A stretch of DNA of 56,686 nt from Planctomycetota bacterium. Its GTDB lineage: Bacteria; Planctomycetota; B15-G4; JADJEK01. Shown here piece after piece: positions 19,572 to 28,979 of the stretch (position 1 is its first letter; each line of letters starts with the position of its first letter). Location: assembly GCA_044225365.1 (NCBI GenBank), contig JBGAIQ010000036.1, positions 1 to 56,686 on the forward strand. The letters run 5' to 3'. The notes under the pieces are model-generated. The model had not been told where the DNA came from and did not search any database. It worked only from the letters and a program-made list of their open reading frames with translations. The position numbers and the translations under genes were made by a program.

Positions 19572-20842
19572 CCGAAGACTCCGCGAATCCGCCGCTGCAG
19601 ATCGTCCATCTCACGACGTACGTCCACCCTGACAAGTTCGGCGGCGCCGAACGCGTGGTCCATGGCGTCGCCACCGCTCAGGCCTCGCTCGGACATCGCG
19701 TCACCGTGCTCTCCGGGAATCACGACGCGCGGCGCGAACGGGAGTCCCACTCCGGCTTCGAACTCGTTCGCTACGCGCTGAAGCCGGGAATGCGAGGCGC
19801 CACGTTCTTCCGCGAGGTCCATGCCTCCGCGGCGCGCGCGCTCGAATGCGAAGTGTTCTCGGGATCCAGCCCCGTCGTCATCCACGCTCACCAGCCGGCA
19901 TCGGCACGCGCGATGTTCTCCGCGGAGATTCGACCGCACGCCGCAGGACTGCTGCGCGTCTACTCGTTCTATGCCCCGTGGGCCCAGGAGCGATCCGTCG
20001 AGAAGCAGCCGCGCAACCTCTCGCTGCGCGGGATGAAGGAAGTCGCCGCGAGCTGGGTGATTCGAAAGATGGAGCGCCGGCTCCTGAACAAGTCCGATCT
20101 CGTCGTCGCGCTCAGCCGTTATTCGACCTTGCAGATCGAGGCCGCATCGAGAGTCGGACACCACGATGTCGCCGTCATCCCGCCCGGCGTCGACGCTCGG
20201 TTCTGCCCCGGCGATCGCCATGCCGCGCGCGTTGCGATCGGTTTGCCGGCGTCGCCGCCGAACGGTTCTCGTCCCCTGATCGTGACGGTGCGGCGCCTCG
20301 TGAAGCGAATGGGTCTCGACGATCTGTTGCGCGCGGTCGCGATCGTGACGCAGCGGGGGCAAGCCGTCGACGTCGTCATCGCAGGGATCGGCCCAGAACA
20401 CAATGCGCTCGAAACGCTCGCTCGCGAGTTGTCGATCGACGACCGCGTCCGTTTCGTCGGAAGGATCGCCGAGGAACTCCTGCCCGATCTGTATCGAGCC
20501 GCCGATCTCTTCGTGCTTCCGACGCGCGCGCTCGAAGGATTCGGAATGGCGACGGCGGAGGCTCTCGCCTGCGGCACACCCGTCCTCGCGACCCACATCG
20601 GCGCGACTCCGGAGCTGCTCGCCCGCTTCGGCGCTCCGATCGCTCCCATCGAGCCGGGCGAGGATCGGCTCGCCGACGGCATCTCGAACTTCCTCGCGCA
20701 TCGCGAAGAGATCGATCGCGCGTCGAGAGCGATCGCCACGCGAGTCGGCGCGGAACTGACGTGGAACGCGTGCGCTCGGGCGCTCGTCGATGCGTACCGC
20801 TCGGCCCTCACGACCCCGCGGCCCTCGGGTGAGCGCGGATGA
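19568..20842 (+). CDS. Glycosyltransferase family 4
   Basis: GGAERV, RRLVKRMG, EGFGMATAEALACG; ATGA overlap with the previous gene. Confidence 0.9.
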   Translation: MTEDSANPPLQIVHLTTYVHPDKFGGAERVVHGVATAQASLGHRVTVLSGNHDARRERESHSGFELVRYALKPGMRGATFFREVHASAARALECEVFSGSSPVVIHAHQPASARAMFSAEIRPHAAGLLRVYSFYAPWAQERSVEKQPRNLSLRGMKEVAASWVIRKMERRLLNKSDLVVALSRYSTLQIEAASRVGHHDVAVIPPGVDARFCPGDRHAARVAIGLPASPPNGSRPLIVTVRRLVKRMGLDDLLRAVAIVTQRGQAVDVVIAGIGPEHNALETLARELSIDDRVRFVGRIAEELLPDLYRAADLFVLPTRALEGFGMATAEALACGTPVLATHIGATPELLARFGAPIAPIEPGEDRLADGISNFLAHREEIDRASRAIATRVGAELTWNACARALVDAYRSALTTPRPSGERG

Positions 20843-21933
20843 GAGTCGTCGCCTTCACCAAGACCAGTGCGATCGGCCCGTCGTCGAGGTATCGCTACTA
20901 CCAATTCCAGGGGCCCCTGAAAGATCACGGGATCGATCTTCGCATCCGACCGCTGTTCGGAGCGGGCTGGTTCGCCATCCTGCGAGTCCGATCGAAAGCG
21001 ATTCGCCTCGTGCTCCAGACGATCTACACGCTCGTGCGGTTCGCGAATCGCGCGCTCCAGCTCGCGTTCCTGCCGCGGGTCGATCTCGTCGTCGTCGAGC
21101 ACCAACTGTTCCCATACCTCTCCGCGTTCGCCGAACGGAGACTGAAGCGGCGCGACCAGCGCTTCACGATCGAGTTCGATGATGCGATCTACAAAACGCG
21201 TCGCCACGGCGAGAAGATGGCGGAGCTGTGCCGGCTCGCGGACCTCGTCGTCGTCGGGAATCGATTCCTGGCGGACTACGTGCGAGCGCAGGGTGGCAAG
21301 GCGGAGATCGTTCCGACGACGATCGATCTGTCTCGATATGGCGCGCCTGCGCCGGTGCGAGAGGATCCGCGGCCGTTCACGATCGGCTGGATCGGATTGC
21401 CCTACAACTTCACCGCGCTCGAGGCGCTCTTGGAACCGCTTCACCGCCTGCTCGCCGCGCACGGGGGCATCGAGTTGCACGTGGTGTCCGCGGGACTGCC
21501 GAGCCTGCCGAACGTGCCGCTGCGGCGCGTCGAATGGAGCGAGGCGTCCGAGATCGAATCGATCCGCCGTTTCGACGTGGGCGTGATGCCGCTTCCGGAC
21601 GACGAATGGGCGCGCGGAAAATGCGCCCTCAAGATCCTGCAGTATTTCGCCGCGGGCGTGCCCGTCGTCGCTTCGCCGGTCGGGGTGAACGCGGAGATCG
21701 TCGTTCCCGGAGAGAATGGCCTCCTGGCGCGAACTCCGGAGGAATGGTACGAAGCGTTGTCGCGGCTCGCAGGAGTGGGAGCCGCGCACGAATCGGCCGC
21801 TGCCTTGCGCTCCCGTCTCGCTGCGCAAGGACGGAGGACCGTGGAGCTGCACTTCAGCCGCGACGCCTGGACGCCGAAATTGGCAAGGATCTGGTTCAGC
21901 GTGGCGGACGATCCGCACAGGAACGCTACTTGA
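20839..21933 (+). CDS. Glycosyltransferase family 4
   Basis: PSSRYR, EFDDAIY, IGWIG, GKCALKILQYFAAGVPVVASPVG. Confidence 0.9.
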   Translation: MRVVAFTKTSAIGPSSRYRYYQFQGPLKDHGIDLRIRPLFGAGWFAILRVRSKAIRLVLQTIYTLVRFANRALQLAFLPRVDLVVVEHQLFPYLSAFAERRLKRRDQRFTIEFDDAIYKTRRHGEKMAELCRLADLVVVGNRFLADYVRAQGGKAEIVPTTIDLSRYGAPAPVREDPRPFTIGWIGLPYNFTALEALLEPLHRLLAAHGGIELHVVSAGLPSLPNVPLRRVEWSEASEIESIRRFDVGVMPLPDDEWARGKCALKILQYFAAGVPVVASPVGVNAEIVVPGENGLLARTPEEWYEALSRLAGVGAAHESAAALRSRLAAQGRRTVELHFSRDAWTPKLARIWFSVADDPHRNAT

Positions 21934-23033
21934 CGCTTCAGGACGCAAAGACGATCTCGCTCGCCGAGCTCACGCCGTGGTTCCCGATCGGGTTCCTGGT
22001 TGCGATCGCGCTCGCGATCTACTTCACGCCGGTGCTGCGGGATGCGGCGCGCAACTTCGGAATCGTCGATCGACCGGATGGGAAGCTGAAGGACCACAAC
22101 GAGCCCGTTGCGTATCTCGGCGGAATCGCCGTCTTCCTCGCCTTCGTGCTCGCCCTCGGACTCACCTTCCAGGAGACGTTCAACTCGACGACGCTCGCAC
22201 TGATGCTGGGTGGCAGCATCATCCTGATCCTCGGCCTCATCGACGATCTGGGCGCACTCAGCCCCGCTGTGAAGTTCTTCGGTCAATTGCTCGCCGCGTT
22301 CGTGCTCCTCAAATCCGGGGTGCAGATCAAACTCCTCATCCTTCCCCCGGCCGTCGCCGATCTGCTCACGATTCTGTGGATCGTCACGGTCACCAACGCG
22401 TTCAACATCATCGACGTGATGGACGGCCTGTGCACGGGCGTCGGGATCACGAGTTTCCTCGGGTTCTTCGCCGTCGCGCTCACGAACGCATCCAATCCGG
22501 ATGCGGTGGTCGCGAGTGAATCGGCGTCGCTCGCACTCTTCATCGCCTGCTTCGCGGGCGCTCTGCTCGGGTTCCTGCGCTACAACTTCAAACCCGCACA
22601 GATCTATCTCGGCGATGCCGGATCGATGCTGATCGGATTTCTCGCCGCAGCGATCCCGCTCACTCTTCGCTACACCGAGCGGGACAAGATCGCGATGCTC
22701 TCGCCGCTCTTCCTCCTCGGCGTGCCGCTCTTCGACCTCGGCCTCGTGATCGTGCTCCGCCTCGCGAAAGGCAAGTCGCCATTCCGCGGCTCGCCGGACC
22801 ACTTCGCCGTACGTCTGAAGCGCCATGGCTGGCCCGTACCGCGAATCGTCCTTGGCGCCTACGCTCTCAATGCCGCGCTGGTGTTCGTCGGGATCGTGCT
22901 GATGCGGGTGGAGCAGAGCCTTGCGACGTACCTGATCGGAGCGGTCCTCGCCGCGATGGTCGTACTCGGATTCCTGATCTCGCGCGTGGGAAATCAGTCG
23001 GGAAACGAAACGACTCCGCCGCGGGGTGCGTGA
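21930..23033 (+). CDS. Undecaprenyl-phosphate GlcNAc-1-phosphate transferase (WecA/TagO, MraY-like)
   Basis: TTG overlaps the previous stop; YLGGIA, GLIDD, NAFNIIDVMDG, YNFKPAQIYLGDAGS; multi-TM. Confidence 0.9.
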   Translation: MTLQDAKTISLAELTPWFPIGFLVAIALAIYFTPVLRDAARNFGIVDRPDGKLKDHNEPVAYLGGIAVFLAFVLALGLTFQETFNSTTLALMLGGSIILILGLIDDLGALSPAVKFFGQLLAAFVLLKSGVQIKLLILPPAVADLLTILWIVTVTNAFNIIDVMDGLCTGVGITSFLGFFAVALTNASNPDAVVASESASLALFIACFAGALLGFLRYNFKPAQIYLGDAGSMLIGFLAAAIPLTLRYTERDKIAMLSPLFLLGVPLFDLGLVIVLRLAKGKSPFRGSPDHFAVRLKRHGWPVPRIVLGAYALNAALVFVGIVLMRVEQSLATYLIGAVLAAMVVLGFLISRVGNQSGNETTPPRGA

Positions 23034-23160
23034 TGCCGGTCCAACATCGCGCTGCGGCGGAGTCGATTCCCGCAACCCATTGCGATCGCTTGCGCGATCG
23101 CTCCGCGTTGCGGGCCGGAGCGCGATCCCGGTCGAGTGGAGATCGGGTCACGCGCCGAAG

Positions 23161-23238
23161 TGGTAGCCCGTACGGGATTTGAACCCGTGTCTGATGGCTG
23201 AGAACCAACTGTCCTGGACCGGGCTAGACGAACGGGCC
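23161..23238 (-). tRNA. tRNA-Glu (CTC)
   Basis: Minus strand GGCCCGTTCGTCTAG...GTTGG-TTCTCAG-CCATC...GGGTTCAAATCCCGT-ACGGGCT-A-CCA; cloverleaf with encoded CCA. Confidence 0.95.
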
Positions 23239-23253
23239 AGATGCGAGGCGGGA

Positions 23254-23282
23254 ACATTGCAGGTTCGCAAGAGCCGAGTCAA
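23254..23282 (-). promoter_or_regulatory. sigma70-type promoter for tRNA-Glu
   Basis: TTGACT-17 bp-CAATGT on the minus strand, 15 bp upstream of the tRNA. Confidence 0.6.
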
Positions 23283-23428
23283 GACCGCAAGCGACCCCCG
23301 CCGAAAAAAAGAGGTGCGAGGGCTCGTTCGCGCCGCGTCCGATCTCGAACGCAACTTCGGCTTGAGCCCCGTTCACGCGTTAGTATGAGCGCGGGCCAAA
23401 CCTCGAATCGATCTGGAGTCCCCTCCGC

Positions 23429-25456
23429 TTGAAGCGCGCGAAGTCCCTCGTACTCGGCACTGCATTCGTCGCCGTCGTCGCCGCGGCGGTCGTGATGTTC
23501 TTCTTCTCGGGAAACGACGCGAACCCGTCGCGGTCGGGCAAACGCCTGGATGGTCCGGGAGCGACCGCAGAGCGCAGTGACGCGGAGCGCGATCATGCGA
23601 AGCGCAAGCACGAGGCCGAGCGGGTCGACGGCGGAAACTCCAAGACGGCTGCGGCGCAGAACCCTCCTTCGAAGGGTGCACTCCCGAAGCCCGCCCCCGA
23701 ACCCCTCGCGATCGACGGACCTCCGCCGATCCGTGAACGTCTCCAGAAGGGCGAGCAGGTCCTGAAGGGCTGCATTCTGACCTCGGGAGGCGACCCGCTG
23801 CCGAAGGCCGTCGTCGAGCTCTACCAACTCGCGGGCGATTCGCCGCTCGCTCCCGGCGAGCGCGTTCGCGTGGCCGCGCCCCTCGTCACCGACGGCAAGG
23901 GCTGCTTCTCCTTCAGCACGCTCGACGGCGGTACGGGTTACCTGCTGCATGTCGATCACGGTTCGTTCGCTCCCTACGAACTCGGAGGTCTCGAGGTCTC
24001 GATCGGTTCCCCCCTGCAAGTCCCCGACATCCGAATGACCGCGGGCGCCCAGGTGGTGGGAACCGTGACCGACGAGAACGGCAAGCCCTTCCCGAGCGCG
24101 CTGGTCTCGGCCTGGACGCAGAACGGCGCCATCGATTCGCTGCGAGGCGCTCCGGTTCGACAGATCCTCACCGACGACAAGGGCAACTACGCTCTCGAGC
24201 ACCTCGGCCTCGGCAGTTATCAGTTCGTGATCGCCGCGGCCGGCAAGCGCACGCAGCGCACGAAGCAGTACGAGCTCGCGAGCGCGAATCAGCTCCAGCG
24301 CATCGACTTCAAACTCGAACCTGGACTCGTCGTGCGTGGCAAGGTGATCAACGAATCGAAGGAGCCGGTGGCCAACGCGATCGTCGAGGCCCGCCCGCGC
24401 CTCGGTTCGAACTCCGCCCTCGCGCGCACGACCACGCGCGAGAACGGAATCTTCGAACTCACCGGGCTCGGGGCCGACGAGCTGCGCGTCGACGCGAGAG
24501 CCTCCGGCTACACCCCACAGAGCGTCGTGCCGGTGCAGCCGAGGGACGAGAAACCCATCCTCATCACGATGCACCCAACGGCCGGCATCAGTGGCTTCGT
24601 GATCGACAAGGCGACGAGCAAGCCGATCACCAGCTTCGGCATCCTGGTCTGGACCATCGGCAAGGGCGAGACGCTGAACGAGAAGCTCGGCGACATGCGA
24701 GTCTTCGAGAAGACGGCCGACGGTTCGTTCACGATCGAGGACGTTCCGCCCGGGCACTACCGGCTCCAGGCCTTCGCCAACGATCACGGTCCGAAGTTCA
24801 CGAAGACGTTCGACGTGAAGCGCATGTTCGTCAACGGCGTCACGATCGAACTCGATCACGGCTCGACCGTCGCGGGCAAGGCCATCGACGGCAACGGCAA
24901 ACCGATCGCGGGCGCGACCATCCGCATGTTCGAGAATGCCTACCAGAAGGGACCTCTCTCGAAGATGCTCTACGGCGAATACGCCGAGGTGGCGCAGCCC
25001 GTGACGACCGACGCGCAGGGCAATTTCCGATTCGAGCACCAGGGCCCGCAGACGGTGCAGTTGCGCGCGAGTTCACCGGGCCGGATGCCGGTGACGCTGA
25101 AGGACGTGGTGATCGCGGAAGGAGCCGACACGACGGTTCCCGACCTGCAGCTCTCGGAGGGTGCGGGCCTGCGCGGCCTCATCTCCGACGCGAACGGCCC
25201 CGCGAAGGGCGCCCGCGTCACCCTCATCGGCAAAGACGGTGAGATGGAGACGACGAAGACGAATGCCGACGGCGAATACGTGTTCGAGCACATCGCTCCG
25301 GGCGAGTACACATTGAGCGCCGAGCCCGTCCATACCAACGCGGGACAGACGAACTTCCTGCTCGATGCGATCCTCTCGGGCAAGACCGCGAAAGCCGTGA
25401 CCCTCGTCGACGGTTCGATGCAGCGATTCGATCTGTCGCTCGTACCGACCAAGTGA
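23429..25456 (+). CDS. Membrane-anchored protein with multiple carboxypeptidase-regulatory-like (CarboxypepD_reg) beta-sandwich domains
   Basis: N-terminal TM helix, charged linker, repeated G.V.D..GKP...A.V...TD..G.[FY]....L..G.Y units. Confidence 0.85.
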   Translation: MKRAKSLVLGTAFVAVVAAAVVMFFFSGNDANPSRSGKRLDGPGATAERSDAERDHAKRKHEAERVDGGNSKTAAAQNPPSKGALPKPAPEPLAIDGPPPIRERLQKGEQVLKGCILTSGGDPLPKAVVELYQLAGDSPLAPGERVRVAAPLVTDGKGCFSFSTLDGGTGYLLHVDHGSFAPYELGGLEVSIGSPLQVPDIRMTAGAQVVGTVTDENGKPFPSALVSAWTQNGAIDSLRGAPVRQILTDDKGNYALEHLGLGSYQFVIAAAGKRTQRTKQYELASANQLQRIDFKLEPGLVVRGKVINESKEPVANAIVEARPRLGSNSALARTTTRENGIFELTGLGADELRVDARASGYTPQSVVPVQPRDEKPILITMHPTAGISGFVIDKATSKPITSFGILVWTIGKGETLNEKLGDMRVFEKTADGSFTIEDVPPGHYRLQAFANDHGPKFTKTFDVKRMFVNGVTIELDHGSTVAGKAIDGNGKPIAGATIRMFENAYQKGPLSKMLYGEYAEVAQPVTTDAQGNFRFEHQGPQTVQLRASSPGRMPVTLKDVVIAEGADTTVPDLQLSEGAGLRGLISDANGPAKGARVTLIGKDGEMETTKTNADGEYVFEHIAPGEYTLSAEPVHTNAGQTNFLLDAILSGKTAKAVTLVDGSMQRFDLSLVPTK

Positions 25457-27150
25457 GTTCGTTTCGCGCCCGGATCCTCGTCCCGATCCTCCTCGTAGCG
25501 GCCTACCTCGCCGCCGCCCTGTACGTGTCGCCGCGCCATGGGCCCACGTTCGACGCCGTACTCGGCGACTACGCGTACGGCGAGTACTTCTGGGAGTACT
25601 GGAAGAGCGGCGACGTCTCCTTCCTCGAGTTCAAGGAAGGGCGACTCGACTTCCTGGGCCGCGACCATCATCCGGAGTGGCAACTCACCTATCCGCTGAA
25701 ATGGGTCTACCCCGTTCCCTCGACCCTTTCGGCGATCGGGTGCGATCTCTTCGCGCGGCGACTCCACTGGCTCGCGCCGATCGACGCTCATCACCTCGTC
25801 GCACCGCTCTTCACGGCCCTCCTCCTGTTCCTGCTCCATCGCTTCGTCCTGGCGCGGGCCGGCGGTCTCGCGGCGACCCTTGGCGTCGGCCTCCTCGCGA
25901 CACACCCCCACGTGTTCGGGCACTCGATCAACGACATCAAGGACGCACCGACGCTCGCGATCGTGTTCGCGGCGCTGTTCGCCTACATCGAAGTGCTCGA
26001 GCGGAACTCGCGTCCGCTGTTCTTCCTCGGCGCCGCGTTGACGGGATTCGGACTCGCGACGAAGGTCAACGCGATCTGGCCCGCGGCGTTCTTCGGGCTC
26101 GTGTTCCTGATCTCGCGCCGCAGTGAATTGCGAACCGACGCGGCGTTCCGCCGACGCTGGTGCGGTGCGATCGCACTCGGTGTCGTCGTCGTCCTCGGTT
26201 GTTATCTGTTCGCGTCGCCCCAATATCGAGTGGACGGTTGGCAACGCTTCGTCGAACACTGGCGCTACGCATTGCTCGAGAGCACGCACGCCGAGGGCCG
26301 CGATGCATTCTCGATCGAGCCGTTGCGCAATCTCTTCTTCACGGCGCCATGGCTCTACTTCCCGCTCGCGGTCGTCGGAATCGGCGTCGCTCTGCGCCAG
26401 AAGATCTTTCGGCCCGCGACGTTCGTCCTGCTCGCGCTCCTCGGCACGATCCCCGCACTTCGACCCTGCATGCCCGGCATGCGGTACTTCAACTTGATCC
26501 GACACTTCCTCGAGGTGCTGCCGGTCTTCTCGATCTTCGGAGGCATCGGAGCGGCCGCGATCATCCGATGGCTCGGCGCGAAGTGGACGCGCGTCGATTC
26601 GCCCCAACGCACGTGGGTCACCGCGCTCCTCTCGATCTCCTGCGTCGCGCCGGGCGCCGCCGCGATCGCGCGCGTGACACCGTACGAGACGACGTGGTTC
26701 AACTCGTTCGCCGGGGGCCTCGCCGGCGCGCAGCGACGCGGCATCGCCGATGCCGATGACTTCTGGTGCCAGAGCTGCCGCGAAGCCGTCGGCTGGTTGA
26801 ACGAGCACGCGGAGAAGGACGCGATCGTGCTCGACCCCTTCGCTCCCTGGATGATCGGCAGTCTCGCCAAGACCGAACTGCGGCCCGACCTTCGATTCCT
26901 CGGCAGCGACGACGCCGTGAAGCTCCTCGTCGATCAAGGGTTGCTCGACCCGGCCCGCGACAAGACCAAGTGGGCCGCCGCGCCGCGCGTGTACGTCACG
27001 TACGTTCCGCAGACGCGCCGCTACAACCAGAAGGACGGCGCGAAGACCGCGATCATGCGATTCTGCGAATCGCGACTGCAGCCGATCCACGTCGTGAGCG
27101 CGGACGGCGGCGAGATCGTCCGCTTCTACGAGATCCGCACGACGGAGTGA
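25453..27150 (+). CDS. GT-C membrane glycosyltransferase (GT39/PMT/ArnT-like)
   Basis: GPTFD early loop, HPHVFGHSINDIKD, LATK, RHFL, DFWCQS; more than 10 TM helices; GTGA overlap with the upstream gene. Confidence 0.8.
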   Translation: MSSFRARILVPILLVAAYLAAALYVSPRHGPTFDAVLGDYAYGEYFWEYWKSGDVSFLEFKEGRLDFLGRDHHPEWQLTYPLKWVYPVPSTLSAIGCDLFARRLHWLAPIDAHHLVAPLFTALLLFLLHRFVLARAGGLAATLGVGLLATHPHVFGHSINDIKDAPTLAIVFAALFAYIEVLERNSRPLFFLGAALTGFGLATKVNAIWPAAFFGLVFLISRRSELRTDAAFRRRWCGAIALGVVVVLGCYLFASPQYRVDGWQRFVEHWRYALLESTHAEGRDAFSIEPLRNLFFTAPWLYFPLAVVGIGVALRQKIFRPATFVLLALLGTIPALRPCMPGMRYFNLIRHFLEVLPVFSIFGGIGAAAIIRWLGAKWTRVDSPQRTWVTALLSISCVAPGAAAIARVTPYETTWFNSFAGGLAGAQRRGIADADDFWCQSCREAVGWLNEHAEKDAIVLDPFAPWMIGSLAKTELRPDLRFLGSDDAVKLLVDQGLLDPARDKTKWAAAPRVYVTYVPQTRRYNQKDGAKTAIMRFCESRLQPIHVVSADGGEIVRFYEIRTTE

Positions 27151-27168
27151 GCGCGCAAGGATGAACAG

Positions 27169-28413
27169 TCAGTATGGACCGCGTCGAAAGCGCTTCGCCT
27201 GCGCCGCCGCGACCGCGAGACCGCCCTCGAGGATCGGATCGAATCCCTGCGCATAGGGCAACGGGAAGTCGACTTCGACGTCGGGCGCGACGCCCACTCC
27301 TTCGAGATCGACTCCATCGACGGGTACCGACATCCCGGGCAGTTCCAGGTAGGACCCATCGGGCAGCGGGTGGAACGTCGCCCCGAGGACCGCGCCCTCC
27401 GTCTTCTCGCCGACGAGGAGGCCGAAGTGGCCGCTGCGCACGCGATAGGCCAGGATCTCCTTTGCGCTGCGCGACCGGCCATCGATCAGGAAGACGACGG
27501 GCTTACGCCACACCGGCGGTCGTGTCGATCCACCCTTCCCACCGATTCGATCGAGGAAGCCGGGCGTCGACTCCCGGAAGCAGTCGAGCACCTCCGTGAC
27601 GACATCGGCGTATCCACCGCGACCTCGCACGTCGAGCACGAGCGCGTCGCAGTCCTTCAGCTTCCCGAGGAGTGCCTTGCGCAATGTCGACGACACTCCG
27701 CGCGAACAGTACCACATGTGGATGACGCCGATCCGCTTCCCGTCGCGCTCCATGATCCGTGCGCTGTTGCCCATCGCGTCGACGGCGTTCATGTCCTGCG
27801 CCGCGAGCGTCACGAGGCTCGTGGCCCCACCCTCTTCCGACTCGATCGTGAGTTCGAGGGTCACGTCCTTTCCCGCGCGGAGGAAGAACAATTTCGGCCC
27901 ATCGAGCCCCGGGTCGTATCCGGCGTCGACGAGATGTTCACTCTTGGCGATCGGCTTGCCCTCGACCTTCAGGATGCGATCTCCGACCTTCAAACCGGAT
28001 TCCTCCGCGGGGCCGCCCTCGAACATCGCGCGGGTGAAGAAGTGTCCCTTGGTCGATTCCTCGATCACGAGACCGAACGTCGATTCCCGCTTGTTGCCGA
28101 GTTCGGCCATCATCCCGTCGTAGACGAAGCCGTCGAGGACGGAGCAGTGCGAGGCCTTCAGCTCGCTCAGCATCTTTTGGATCACGGGCCGAACCGCCGC
28201 GGGCGAATCGCAGTGGTCGACCAGGGGACGATATTTGTCGTGGACCCCCTTCCAGTCGATGCCTTTGTGATCCGAGTCGTAGAAGTAGCGATCGATCAGC
28301 GACCACGCGCGTTCGAACGTCTTCACCTCGAGCTCGCCCGCACGCAATGGAGACGCGAGCAGGAGACACGGCACGACGATCGACAGGAGAACGGTGGAGC
28401 GACGCATGGACAT
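27169..28413 (-). CDS. S41 family peptidase with PDZ domain, exported
   Basis: Signal peptide; GGPAEESGLKVGDRI (PDZ); LDVRGRGGY; SRSAKE; GEKTEGA; LEGVGVAPD. Confidence 0.9.
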   Translation of the reverse strand: MSMRRSTVLLSIVVPCLLLASPLRAGELEVKTFERAWSLIDRYFYDSDHKGIDWKGVHDKYRPLVDHCDSPAAVRPVIQKMLSELKASHCSVLDGFVYDGMMAELGNKRESTFGLVIEESTKGHFFTRAMFEGGPAEESGLKVGDRILKVEGKPIAKSEHLVDAGYDPGLDGPKLFFLRAGKDVTLELTIESEEGGATSLVTLAAQDMNAVDAMGNSARIMERDGKRIGVIHMWYCSRGVSSTLRKALLGKLKDCDALVLDVRGRGGYADVVTEVLDCFRESTPGFLDRIGGKGGSTRPPVWRKPVVFLIDGRSRSAKEILAYRVRSGHFGLLVGEKTEGAVLGATFHPLPDGSYLELPGMSVPVDGVDLEGVGVAPDVEVDFPLPYAQGFDPILEGGLAVAAAQAKRFRRGPY

Positions 28414-28516
28414 CGATGAACTCCCGAAGGAGGCAGGTGGAGCGCCGGTTTGTGGTCACGGGCTCTATCATGACGAACGAACCCGCGAATCGTTGGATCC
28501 AGAGAATACACCGCCG

Positions 28517-28975
28517 ATGGATCGCATCCCTCCGCTACGCGAATTCCTGTGCTCGGACAGTGAGACCCGCGATCTGCTCCGCGTGTCCCGCGATCTCGCA
28601 CTCGTGGGGAACGCCGCGGATGTTCAGCGAGTCGCGCGCCAGATGCGCCGCTTCGGTTATCGCATCCGCTGCGTCACGCGCGATGCGAAGGAAGTGGCCG
28701 GGCGTCCCACGTTCGACAGTCTCCACGACTTGGTAGGACCGCTCGATTCGATCGTGGTCCTGACGCCCGCAGTCGATCTCGACGACGTAGTAAAGGCCGC
28801 TCTTGCGCTCGGTGTCGTCTCGTTGTGGCTCGGCCGCGGAGTGGGCGACCCTGCGGCGGCCTGGCGGGCGCATGGCGTCGGGATGCGCGTGATCTTCCAT
28901 CGCGACCCCGTCGACGAATACGCGATGCACTTCGACGACCTCGAACTCGGCTACCCCGTACGTCGCGACGGGTGA
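28517..28975 (+). CDS. CoA-binding domain protein (YccU-like), divergent
   Basis: LALVG, EVAGRPTFDSLHDL, LWLGRG, GMRVI resemble CoA_binding_2. Start codon uncertain. Confidence 0.65.
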   Translation: MDRIPPLREFLCSDSETRDLLRVSRDLALVGNAADVQRVARQMRRFGYRIRCVTRDAKEVAGRPTFDSLHDLVGPLDSIVVLTPAVDLDDVVKAALALGVVSLWLGRGVGDPAAAWRAHGVGMRVIFHRDPVDEYAMHFDDLELGYPVRRDG

Positions 28976-28979
28976 CCGC

